Part shown: piece after piece, positions 11,009-18,577 of the stretch | How positions within the stretch are numbered: position 1 is the stretch's first letter | How the letters are laid out: each line of letters starts with the position of its first letter | DNA from: a virus | Direction: 5' to 3' (one strand) | DNA: 64,000 nucleotides | Virus record (IMG/VR): IMGVR_UViG_3300027365_000009 | Location: 85,877-149,876 of that record | Translations under genes and position numbers: made by a program | Notes under the pieces: model-generated | Seen by the model: the letters and a program-made list of their open reading frames with translations, nothing else | Told to the model about the DNA's origin: nothing | Database searches by the model: none

Positions 11009-11254
11009 ATGGGTAATTTTGTCTTAAAGCTGTTGATTTCACAGCTCATTGGTCGTATCATGAAAAACGTCGATCTGGATGCGCTGATCGACTTTGTGGT
11101 GGAGGCAGAGAAGCAGTACGATAATGCCTTTGCCAAGAAAGGTTATGTGTATCGCACCATCAAGGAACTGGAACCTCAAGACATCTCCACCACGGCGGTG
11201 AACCTCGCCATTGAAGCAGGGGTATACTACGCCAAGCGCTACGTCTTTTCATGA
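11009..11254 (+). CDS. Small protein, possibly LL-H-type holin-like
   Basis: ATG 11009 with RBS AGGAG. Pattern V-x-x-AE...KK...AIEAGV recalls LL-H holin C-termini. The N-terminal hydrophobic segment is weak. Confidence 0.4.
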   Translation: MGNFVLKLLISQLIGRIMKNVDLDALIDFVVEAEKQYDNAFAKKGYVYRTIKELEPQDISTTAVNLAIEAGVYYAKRYVFS

Positions 11255-11259
11255 CATAC

Positions 11260-11281
11260 GGCCTCCCCGAATGGGGAGGCC
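11260..11281. terminator. GC-rich hairpin between convergent units
   Basis: GGCCTCCCC-gaat-GGGGAGGCC preceded by GACATA. Confidence 0.65.
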
Positions 11282-11322
11282 AATAAACCGCTGGGGCATT
11301 TTCTATCGGGCGTGGTGGTCTG

Positions 11323-11580
11323 TTAGACCACGAGTTCTAATACGGGTCTCCAACCAATATCCGAAAGCATGTACGACGAAGTATTCGTCTTGAAGTTCGT
11401 CAAGGAAGAACGACCCCGGTAGACACGCCGTGAGGCGTCTGACGCCGAGGTCTCCTGCACCCACGACGCGCGTCCGTACCCCGACCCCACGCCAATGTCT
11501 CCATTGGTGTAGGATGCCCAATGGGTGCCGGTGGGGTCGTCGACGTGGACGCGGTAGATCAAGTCGTTCCATTCACCCCC
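11323..11580 (-). pseudogene. Orphan 3' fragment of an Mtd-like/GWRPVLE-family virion protein
   Basis: GGEWNDLIYRVHVDDP...YTNGD...RG.SSLT...GWRPVLELVV* aligns with the C-termini of 41795-42550 and 52584-53417. Homology stops at about 11580. Confidence 0.75.
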
Positions 11581-11689
11581 TAAACGTCCTCTTCTTGGTT
11601 TAACAAAAAAAAAACGTGTCCGTCACATAACATTGTTAATCTTCACGGGCCTCCGCAATATAATGACACACACCAAAAGGAGGTACCCA

Positions 11690-12091
11690 ATGTCAACTCG
11701 CACGTTACGTTCCCATATCGTCAATCCCGCTAACGATAAGATCACGATCAACGTCACCGACGAGCCCGGAGATGGTGGTGCCAACCATCGTTATGAGATT
11801 AGCGGTTTCAATATCGAATCCAACGCCTCAAAAGAAGACCATGACGGGAACCGAAATCAGGTGAACCTCCTGTTCCAAAATGGTCCGATTCCTGAAAAGG
11901 GTGTCAATGGTATCACCCATGAGGTGTTGCTCGCTATCTTGATTGACCGCCTCCAAGGGTTCCAGGACGGTCCCTTCCGCTGCCGTGAAAATGCCCTGGC
12001 CCTCACCAAACTGGAAGAGGCTCAGATGTGGTTGCAGAAGCGCACACGTGATCGGATGTCAAGAGGGGTCGAGGGGACCCATGAGCAGTAA
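11690..12091 (+). CDS. tad1: Tad1-like anti-defence sponge protein
   Basis: RBS AGGAGG. Motifs GDGGANHRY, FQNGP and DRLQGFQDGPFRCRENALALTKLEEAQMWLQKRTRDRMSRGVEGT match the recalled Tad1 consensus ([48 protein letters not shown].GT). Confidence 0.88.
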   Translation: MSTRTLRSHIVNPANDKITINVTDEPGDGGANHRYEISGFNIESNASKEDHDGNRNQVNLLFQNGPIPEKGVNGITHEVLLAILIDRLQGFQDGPFRCRENALALTKLEEAQMWLQKRTRDRMSRGVEGTHEQ

Positions 12092-12386
12092 CCCCGTTAG
12101 TGACCATGATATCAACGGGATGCCCATACGGCATCTCTATGTGCGGTATCTGATGGCCAGCTACTTGTACTATGTGTGTGATGAAGCCTCACCTTGGTCG
12201 GATTACGAATACGACCTCGCCTGCCGGCGTTTACACACTGAGTGGGAAAGCTTCGATCATCCCCATAAGTACCTATTACGTAATCCCGATAGTCTCTTAG
12301 CGGGGACAGGGTTTGATATCATCAACTACCCCAGCATTGTCCGGGTCTGTTCCTGGTCATGGAAAGAGGGTGAGTTCAACAGATAG
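12081..12386 (+). CDS. Stand-alone NAD-dependent ligase domain Ia-like (Nlig-Ia) protein
   Basis: ATG 12081 (RBS GAGGGG) overlaps the tad1 3' end. SYLYYVCDEASPWSDYEYDLACRRL matches the LigA Ia motif (Y-x-YY...P..SD-x-EYD-x-L). There is no adenylation domain. Confidence 0.75.
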   Translation: MSSNPVSDHDINGMPIRHLYVRYLMASYLYYVCDEASPWSDYEYDLACRRLHTEWESFDHPHKYLLRNPDSLLAGTGFDIINYPSIVRVCSWSWKEGEFNR

Positions 12387-12397
12387 GAGTAGCAACA

Positions 12398-12631
12398 ATG
12401 CGTTTTCAAACCGCGTATGTGTGGATGAAGCATGGTAAGCGGATGCGTGTGCCAGGCTTCAAGGGGTATTGGCGTTTCAATAAAGAAACCGAAACTATTG
12501 AGATTGTCACGAAAGACAATGTTGTCATGGATATCCGTGACACTAAAGACGTTGATTTCACGATGTCGTTCATTAACTCCGACGAATGGGAGTTCTACGA
12601 AGGACATAATGACCCGCGTCAGAACACATAA
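12398..12631 (+). CDS. tad2: Tad2-like (DUF2829-type) anti-defence sponge protein
   Basis: RBS AGGAG. It has the M-x-F-x-x-A-x-x-x-MK-x-G-K N-terminus and a SDEW C-terminal motif typical of the Tad2 fold. Confidence 0.7.
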   Translation: MRFQTAYVWMKHGKRMRVPGFKGYWRFNKETETIEIVTKDNVVMDIRDTKDVDFTMSFINSDEWEFYEGHNDPRQNT

Positions 12632-12636
12632 CTCCA

Positions 12637-12656
12637 AGGGCTCCTGCGGGAGCCCT
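12637..12656 (+). terminator. Hairpin closing the tad1-Nlig-tad2 unit
   Basis: AGGGCTCC-tgcg-GGAGCCCT flanked by ACATA and TATGCC. Confidence 0.65.
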
Positions 12657-12675
12657 ACTATGCCGTCCCACTGTA

Positions 12676-12700
12676 TTTAACATCTATATCACTCTATTGC
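12676..12700 (+). promoter_or_regulatory. Putative phage early promoter TTT-N5-CTATATCAC-N5-TG
   Basis: One of five intergenic copies. It resembles the phiKZ early consensus TATATTAC. Confidence 0.7.
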
Positions 12701-12727
12701 CCACTCACCCAAGGAACTAACACGCTA

Positions 12728-13231
12728 ATGAATACCAATGCTTCGTTAATCACACTAAGTAACCGCATCCCCGACACTGACGTCACTGCGTTTATCGCAG
12801 CCCTTGAAAACAAAGAGGGCCCATACTTCCCCAAAACCGTCGTATTCGATGATCCAGTATCACATTACCAAGTATATTGTGGGAATGTCGAAAAGGGGAG
12901 TCGTCACTGGTATTTGGATTTCACCAGCATTGCCCTCAAAGAAGGGAAAATCGACGCGCGTGAGGTTTTGCGCGTATACAATGACCTGGCGCTGAAAGGC
13001 GGGGATCTCCTCTACGCAGGCGATACCAGTCACTTTATCTTGGACATAGCGCGACGCATTACTAACGGTCCGCGGTTCTACCGTCAGGACGGCATTACCG
13101 TTTATGGCATTGTCCGTGAGTTCTGCCATCGGATGGAAGACCTCAACCATCACCTAGTGGAGATAGGTCCCGTCAATAACCCCAACCACCCTTACGTTAT
13201 CAAGGTCGTCAGCAAGACCAATCGGGATTAG
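12728..13231 (+). CDS. Hypothetical protein
   Basis: 167 aa ORF with RBS AAGGA, downstream of the promoter motif. Confidence 0.75.
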   Translation: MNTNASLITLSNRIPDTDVTAFIAALENKEGPYFPKTVVFDDPVSHYQVYCGNVEKGSRHWYLDFTSIALKEGKIDAREVLRVYNDLALKGGDLLYAGDTSHFILDIARRITNGPRFYRQDGITVYGIVREFCHRMEDLNHHLVEIGPVNNPNHPYVIKVVSKTNRD

Positions 13232-13244
13232 TCATCCCAACGAG

Positions 13245-13269
13245 TTTAACACCTATATCACTACCATGC
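13245..13269 (+). promoter_or_regulatory. Putative phage early promoter
   Basis: TTTAACACCTATATCACTACCATG. Confidence 0.7.
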
Positions 13270-13293
13270 ATCCACTGGAAAAGGAACCCCGTC

Positions 13294-13401
13294 GTGAAAC
13301 AATTTCTCAAAGCCGTCGCCATCGGTACCATCACTGGCGTCGCCATCACGCTGACCATGGAAGAAATCCATAAGTGGCGCCAGCGTAACGCACGTCACTG
13401 A
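13294..13401 (+). CDS. Small membrane protein (35 aa)
   Basis: Not in the track. GTG start with RBS AAGGA. Sequence MKQFLKAVAIGTITGVAITLTMEEIHKWRQRNARH. Confidence 0.55.
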   Translation: MKQFLKAVAIGTITGVAITLTMEEIHKWRQRNARH

Positions 13402-13454
13402 CCCCCATCAAGCCTTAGAATAAACCGAAACACAATCACAGGACACGCAACACC

Positions 13455-13592
13455 ATGGACATCAATACCCTGATCGATCTTGTCGAAGCTCACGATGACC
13501 TCTCCGCTTCCCTGTACGAAGAGCAGTTTCGGCACGTCGATCCCGAGCAAGTTTCCCTCTCCACCAACGACAAACTCGTTGATGTGGAATAA
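13455..13592 (+). CDS. Small acidic protein (45 aa)
   Basis: Not in the track. RBS AGGA. Sequence MDINTLIDLVEAHDDL...LVDVE. Confidence 0.5.
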   Translation: MDINTLIDLVEAHDDLSASLYEEQFRHVDPEQVSLSTNDKLVDVE

Positions 13593-13673
13593 CCATGGCG
13601 GGGAAACTACCCGCCAGCACCATCCGATGAGGGGTAATGCCCTCACCACTGACCCAGAGAAGAGAGAACTGTA

Positions 13674-14087
13674 ATGAGCGAACTCAAGTCCCGCAAGTAC
13701 GCCGACAAACATGGCCTGGCTGACAAGCTGAAGGTGGACGCCAAAACTGGCGAGATCACCCCCAGTGATGATTACTACGAGGCCACACTCGAGGGAACGG
13801 GTGTGACCCTGGACCAACTCAAGAAGGTCCAGAATAACAATGCCGAGCTACTTTCATCCACCACCCTGGTGGCTGGGGAAATGGCTGCCGAACATTTCAA
13901 GGAACACCCCGAGACGAACGAGCTGTCGCTGCGCTATTCCGCTGGACGCGATACCTATGCGATGAACTTCTCCCGCGCGGAAGACGCCAAGCCAGTCCGG
14001 CATGAGATCAGCATCTATGGCGCTGAAGACAAAGGTGAGCTCAAGAAGGTGAAAAAGCTCGTCAAGGGTCTCTTTGACGAGATCTGA
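13674..14087 (+). CDS. Hypothetical protein
   Basis: 137 aa ORF followed by a UUCG hairpin. Confidence 0.8.
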   Translation: MSELKSRKYADKHGLADKLKVDAKTGEITPSDDYYEATLEGTGVTLDQLKKVQNNNAELLSSTTLVAGEMAAEHFKEHPETNELSLRYSAGRDTYAMNFSRAEDAKPVRHEISIYGAEDKGELKKVKKLVKGLFDEI

Positions 14088-14113
14088 TCACAGCGTGTCA
14101 AAACCTGTTGCTA

Positions 14114-14146
14114 ACCGTTCCACCTTCGGGTGGGGCGGTTTATTTG
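14114..14146 (+). terminator. Intrinsic terminator with UUCG loop
   Basis: ACCGTTCCACC-TTCG-GGTGGGGCGGT followed by a T-rich tail. Confidence 0.75.
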
Positions 14147-14218
14147 TTACCTCCTTTCTTTTTTAGGTTCCGTAATCGTATGTCATCCCCTGTTACTTTG
14201 TTACCTAAGGTTCCTATT

Positions 14219-14860
14219 ATGCAACACCAACCTCTTTTCATTTGTTTTGAGGGTATTGATGGTGCGGGTAAAACGACCCAACTGGATCGACTTTACACCT
14301 ACTTGGTGGACTGTGGTATCGATGTTATCAAGACACGCGAGCCTGGCGGGACCCCATTGGCAGAACATATTCGAGAAGGTATGCTATCAACTGACTTAAC
14401 CGAGTCCGTCAGTCCGATGACGGAACTTCTCATGGTTTATGCGGCTCGTCAACAACACCTCGATAATGTGATTCGTCCCGCCCTTACCAATGGCACATGG
14501 GTGTTATGCGACCGTTTTATCGATACCACCTACGCGTACCAAATCCGCGGACGCTGTCTATCCCCAGCCCTATTCCATCAGCTAAACGACATCGTAGTGC
14601 GGGACACGAAACCCGATCTGACGCTATTCTTCACTCTCCCCGACGAGGTCTACCAGGCACGTCTCGCTGGACGGACCGAGAAGTCCGATCGTCTTGATCG
14701 TGAATCCCACTTATTTGCCGAGAGGGTCATTGGCGGCCTAAAAGAACGAGCCCGGTTCTGTGGGCATCCGACGGTTATGGCCGATGGGGCGATTGAAGAA
14801 GTTACCGAACGCATGCTTGACACACTGCGTCGTTATATTAACCTCCCGGAGGCCGCATGA
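14219..14860 (+). CDS. tmk: Thymidylate kinase
   Basis: Motifs FEGIDGAGKTTQ, TREPGGT, CDRF and YQ. The likely start is ATG 14219. Confidence 0.95.
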   Translation: MQHQPLFICFEGIDGAGKTTQLDRLYTYLVDCGIDVIKTREPGGTPLAEHIREGMLSTDLTESVSPMTELLMVYAARQQHLDNVIRPALTNGTWVLCDRFIDTTYAYQIRGRCLSPALFHQLNDIVVRDTKPDLTLFFTLPDEVYQARLAGRTEKSDRLDRESHLFAERVIGGLKERARFCGHPTVMADGAIEEVTERMLDTLRRYINLPEAA

Positions 14861-15108
14861 ACCCCGACCTGTATTTACTACAACAGAACTCTAAGGGATT
14901 CTGGCAACACCCACGGACCGAGCGGGTCTATCAAGTGCTCACGGTCGCCAACAAACACAGCACCCGACCTGACGAGTTTCCGATAACTGTGGTTTATCAA
15001 GATATCGTTGATGAACGTATCTGGTCCCTTCCCATCAAGTGTTTTGTCGATAAGTTCGACCCTTGGCAACCACATACCCCCGAGACCGCTCCAGGAGGCC
15101 GTCAGTGA
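14857..15108 (+). CDS. DUF1653-like small protein
   Basis: W.H....YQV...A...VVYQ.....WS.P...F..KF pattern. ATGA overlap with tmk. Confidence 0.6.
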   Translation: MNPDLYLLQQNSKGFWQHPRTERVYQVLTVANKHSTRPDEFPITVVYQDIVDERIWSLPIKCFVDKFDPWQPHTPETAPGGRQ

Positions 15109-15527
15109 GCTTTTCACCCACTCCCTGTGACAAGCACCCGGGGTTTTATGAAATACCCGGATATCGCCGCTACGGAGCAAATAGAAAGGGGGAGATCCTC
15201 TTTAAGGATACGGGTCATGTGACTGCTGGTGGAAATGCCGGTCGTTACCTTAAGGTTGCGGTTTTCCGAGACGGAGATAGTGAGAGAACGCTACAGTATG
15301 TCCACGATCTCATCTGTCGGGCGTTTCGTGGGAAACCCAAACCTGGTCAGGTTGTATTGCATGCCGATGATGATCGCCGCAATAATCGCCCAAGTAACCT
15401 GGCATGGGGGACGCAGTCCTCTAACATTAAGGCGACCTATGATAATGGTTTGAGAAAGCCCACCACCGGACCACGCCCGAGTAAGGAAGAGTATCGCCAC
15501 TCTCCTTTCGTGCGACCTTGTCTATAA
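15105..15527 (+). CDS. HNH endonuclease (NUMOD4/HNH_3-like)
   Basis: GTG 15105 with RBS AGGAGG. Motifs IPGYRRY, YVHDLICRAF and VLHADDDRRNNRPSNLAWGT...N. Confidence 0.85.
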   Translation: MSFSPTPCDKHPGFYEIPGYRRYGANRKGEILFKDTGHVTAGGNAGRYLKVAVFRDGDSERTLQYVHDLICRAFRGKPKPGQVVLHADDDRRNNRPSNLAWGTQSSNIKATYDNGLRKPTTGPRPSKEEYRHSPFVRPCL

Positions 15528-15536
15528 ACCAAATAC

Positions 15537-15561
15537 TTTCACGCCTATATCACTATGGTGC
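15537..15561 (+). promoter_or_regulatory. Putative phage early promoter
   Basis: TTTCACGCCTATATCACTATGGTG. Confidence 0.7.
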
Positions 15562-15609
15562 AGGACTTTGACTGCCCTAACGTAACACTAAGTGACTCAA
15601 GGAACTCAC

Positions 15610-15804
15610 ATGGCTGTTAATGCAATCGAACAAAACCTCAACAAACTGTTCGTTAAAGAGATGTACGGGCAAACCACCGAAGCCATTCTACGAGAAATCC
15701 GTAAGAAGAAAGTCGTACTTCAGTGTCCTAAGCGAGAGGACAGCTACACGATCCCTGTCGCTGAATTCAATAAGAAGTACCGCCTGGCAGCCATGGCTCC
15801 TTAA
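15610..15804 (+). CDS. Hypothetical protein
   Basis: RBS AAGGA. Followed by a hairpin at 15811-15828. Confidence 0.7.
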   Translation: MAVNAIEQNLNKLFVKEMYGQTTEAILREIRKKKVVLQCPKREDSYTIPVAEFNKKYRLAAMAP

Positions 15805-15954
15805 GTAAGGCCCTCCCCGCGGGGAGGGTTTTATGACGTCACCGCTGTCTAAACGTTCTGTTCGCGGTAAAAACTACTGGTTGTTGCAATGATACACCGG
15901 GGGTCGTTTGACCTCCACTTATTCAGGCCCTACCAAAGGAAGGATTGCGTTATC

Positions 15955-16350
15955 ATGTTGATTCCGGCTCACGAGCGGCGTGTGATGCGTCACGACAGCG
16001 AAACCCTGATGCACACCCCGTCGTCCAAATCCCCCTTCGATATGTTCCATAAGGACGCCGTGTCACACCCCAGTGACAGTTATTCCGAGAACGAACTCGA
16101 GGCCATGTCCCACAGTGAGTTGGCTGACCTCAGTGACTTTAGCGTTACCACCATCCGCATTCGGCGTGAGAAGAAAGGGCTATGTGCTCGGGATTCGGTC
16201 GTTCGTGCGACGTTAACCTCTTCCAGTCATTACCGGGCCCTTGCCCAAGACAATGATATCACCTATCACAAGTTAATGGCGGCTCGACGTAAGTACCCGG
16301 ATGTTGCACTAACGGACATCGTTGAACGTCTCAAGATGGGGAAGAAGTGA
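15955..16350 (+). CDS. Putative HTH DNA-binding protein (paralog of the next gene)
   Basis: YSENELEAMSHSELADLSDFSVTTIR aligns with the next ORF. Confidence 0.6.
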   Translation: MLIPAHERRVMRHDSETLMHTPSSKSPFDMFHKDAVSHPSDSYSENELEAMSHSELADLSDFSVTTIRIRREKKGLCARDSVVRATLTSSSHYRALAQDNDITYHKLMAARRKYPDVALTDIVERLKMGKK

Positions 16351-16353
16351 TCC

Positions 16354-16746
16354 ATGCGTTTATCCGCCCATGAGAAATCCCGACTTACGCAATCACGATA
16401 CAGTGAAGAAGAACTAAGTAAGATGAGCTGGCGCGAGTTATCTAAACTCAGTCGGTTCAGTCATCAGGCGATCCGTTACCGGGTAGTCGAAATGGGGATG
16501 TCCTACCGGGATGCTATCACCAAACCACAGACACCTCGAACGTCTAAGGTGTCTCAGTTGGCAGAAGAACACAATCTCGGGTATTCCACACTGATGAGCC
16601 GTAAACGCCGAAACCCCAACGTTCCGCTTGAGGTACTCGCTAAACAACCGTTACTTGACCCCTGTGAGTCCTCCCGCCGCGCTAACGATCAGAAAAGGAG
16701 GCGTCTTGAGCAAAACCAAACAACGTCGTCAAGCAGCGTACAATGA
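16354..16746 (+). CDS. Putative HTH DNA-binding protein
   Basis: YSEEELSKMSWRELSKLSRFSHQAIRYR and LAEEHNLGYSTL look like tandem HTH units. Confidence 0.65.
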   Translation: MRLSAHEKSRLTQSRYSEEELSKMSWRELSKLSRFSHQAIRYRVVEMGMSYRDAITKPQTPRTSKVSQLAEEHNLGYSTLMSRKRRNPNVPLEVLAKQPLLDPCESSRRANDQKRRRLEQNQTTSSSSVQ

Positions 16747-16894
16747 AGGGTATCGTGATGGACAGGCGGGTGTTCGCCCCAAGCGTCGACATAAACTCCC
16801 CGGCTTTTACCGCCGGGGATATAATCGGGCTATCCGAGAAGAACGTCTGAAACGACCTAAACACCTATCTTTCGATGACGACTATCTGGATTGA
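16706..16894 (+). CDS. Small basic protein with YxxGYxDG motifs
   Basis: TTG start with RBS AGGAGG. Contains AYNEGYRDGQAG...FYRRGYNRA. Confidence 0.6.
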   Translation: MSKTKQRRQAAYNEGYRDGQAGVRPKRRHKLPGFYRRGYNRAIREERLKRPKHLSFDDDYLD

Positions 16895-17178
16895 CCATGG
16901 GACGCCATCACCATAAACGAGGTCGTCAAACATTGGATACCCTTTACTATCAGGGACGTGCCGATGGACGACGGGGACGACCTTACACGATGATACATGC
17001 CAAGAAACTCCGTGGGGTATGGTACTGGCATGAAGATCGGTATTGGCAAGGGTATCGGGATGGGAAATGTGAAGGAACACCGTGGGTACTTGCGATTTGG
17101 CAGAAACGATGGGCGCGCCAAGTCTGCTACCTTTTCCTCGCTTCCGGTCTCACTGTTGCCATCCTTAGTTTATTATAA
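16891..17178 (+). CDS. Small basic YxxGxxDG-motif protein with C-terminal TM helix
   Basis: YYQGRADGRRG...YWQGYRDG and a hydrophobic tail. Confidence 0.6.
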   Translation: MTMGRHHHKRGRQTLDTLYYQGRADGRRGRPYTMIHAKKLRGVWYWHEDRYWQGYRDGKCEGTPWVLAIWQKRWARQVCYLFLASGLTVAILSLL

Positions 17179-17293
17179 CCATAGCGAAGAAATCATTCGG
17201 TTAATGGACGGACCTTCCGATAGCATCCACCATTCCAGGGAGTATTTTGATGCAACGGACGGTAAATAAAACACCTTACTAGGAGGTGGTGTT

Positions 17294-17485
17294 ATGTTCA
17301 AACACATTAACATTCCCAATGTTGGTTATTTTTCCGTGACTGAAAACAGCGCCAAAGGTCGCCACCGGTGCGTGGGTATGCGCCCACTACTGACGGAAGA
17401 ATCAACCCGCCCAATTACTGAAGAAAAGCAACGCTATATCAATGAGATTCAACAGCGAATCATGAGAAAACCCAATGACCGATAA
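17294..17485 (+). CDS. Hypothetical protein
   Basis: RBS AGGAGG, 63 aa. Confidence 0.65.
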   Translation: MFKHINIPNVGYFSVTENSAKGRHRCVGMRPLLTEESTRPITEEKQRYINEIQQRIMRKPNDR

Positions 17486-17529
17486 CATCCGTAACACCAT
17501 GTTCGGACCGAATGCAACGTTCGGTAGAA
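17475..17529 (+). repeat. 55-bp exact direct repeat, copy 1 (upstream of folA)
   Basis: ATGACCGATAACATCCGTAACACCATGTTCGGACCGAATGCAACGTTCGGTAGAA is identical to 19599-19653. Confidence 0.95.
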
Positions 17530-17557
17530 ACGCACTTTTTGATATGGGAATCCCTTT

Positions 17558-18082
17558 ATGATGATTTCGCTAATTGCGGCAGTAGGGACCAACCGTGTGA
17601 TCGGTCACGAAGGAAAGATTCCTTGGTACGTGCCGCGGGACTTCCGGTTCTTTAAGAAGGCCACCACGGGGTGTCCGTGTATCATGGGACGAAAGACGTT
17701 CGACTCATTGCCAGGGCCCTTACCAGAACGCCTCAACCTCGTTTTGACGCGCCACCCTCATCTGGTGAACGTCAAAGGGGGTAACGTACTTCCCCATGCT
17801 GAGTGGAGGCATCTCCTGAACAAGGCGATCCAGTATGCCGAGAACAACCACTCCCCTCGAATCGTCATCATGGGCGGTGAAGACGTCTACCGTCAGTTTA
17901 TGCCCCTTGCCCACGAATTGCTCTTGACTCGCATTCGCTATGATGGACCGGGCGATACGTTTTTCCCCGAACTACCACCCAACGAATGGGAGCTTGTCGA
18001 AACGATGGACATCTCCGAAGAGGCGCTTGTGCAACGATACGGGCGCTGTTTTCCCGAGACTATTATGCCGTTATTCCCGTGA
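17558..18082 (+). CDS. folA: Dihydrofolate reductase
   Basis: Motifs IAAV..NRVIG..GKIPW..P.DF.FFK..T, IMGRKTFDS, PLPER.N.V, MGG..VY and GDTFFP. Confidence 0.97.
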   Translation: MMISLIAAVGTNRVIGHEGKIPWYVPRDFRFFKKATTGCPCIMGRKTFDSLPGPLPERLNLVLTRHPHLVNVKGGNVLPHAEWRHLLNKAIQYAENNHSPRIVIMGGEDVYRQFMPLAHELLLTRIRYDGPGDTFFPELPPNEWELVETMDISEEALVQRYGRCFPETIMPLFP

Positions 18083-18378
18083 CGCGGCGCGCCCAACGAG
18101 AGCGCACGGTGTTTGAGCAGGGGTTTGCTGACGGACAAAAAGGACGCCCTTTCCGTTACAACAAACCCACCAAGCGTCGGCGTGGGCACGATGGAATACC
18201 GGGGCGATACTCCCATCTGTACTGGTATTACACCAAATATCAAGCTGGTTACAAGCTAGGGAAAGAAAGTCGGGGCACCTACTGGCTCCATCAACCAAAA
18301 GTGTCCAAGTGGGTAGTGAAGTGCCTCATAGGGGCACTAGGAGCTCTTCTGGTGGTTTCTTTTTATGCGGCACTGTAA
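18079..18378 (+). CDS. Small basic FxxGxxDG-motif protein with C-terminal TM helix
   Basis: GTGA overlap with folA. Contains FEQGFADGQKG...YQAGYKLG and a hydrophobic tail. Confidence 0.6.
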   Translation: MTRRAQRERTVFEQGFADGQKGRPFRYNKPTKRRRGHDGIPGRYSHLYWYYTKYQAGYKLGKESRGTYWLHQPKVSKWVVKCLIGALGALLVVSFYAAL

Positions 18379-18389
18379 GGGGTGGAGTC

Positions 18390-18560
18390 ATGACAAAAAA
18401 CAAACACGAGCGCTTGTTGATCGAAATACAGCGTGAGTTAGAAATCTTACAGCGAGACCTTAAAATAGCCATTAACACCCGTCCCGAGGACGCCATCGGG
18501 ATTTGTATCAGGACACGGCGAGTTATTAAACGACTGTCGGTCATGAAAGAGCCCACCTAA
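18390..18560 (+). CDS. Hypothetical protein
   Basis: RBS GGAG, short helical ORF. Confidence 0.55.
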   Translation: MTKNKHERLLIEIQRELEILQRDLKIAINTRPEDAIGICIRTRRVIKRLSVMKEPT

Positions 18561-18577
18561 TCAAAGAGGACCACCTC

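Noticed and set aside
11323-11580. Template repeat of a canonical diversity-generating retroelement
   Set aside because: Differences from the two paralogs occur at all four bases, with many synonymous changes and an indel, not only at adenines. No reverse transcriptase is in the window. A target elsewhere in the genome cannot be excluded.
11633-11665. Host sigma70 promoter for the tad operon
   Set aside because: TATAAT is present, but the best -35 (TTGTTA) is 20 nt away. Support is insufficient.
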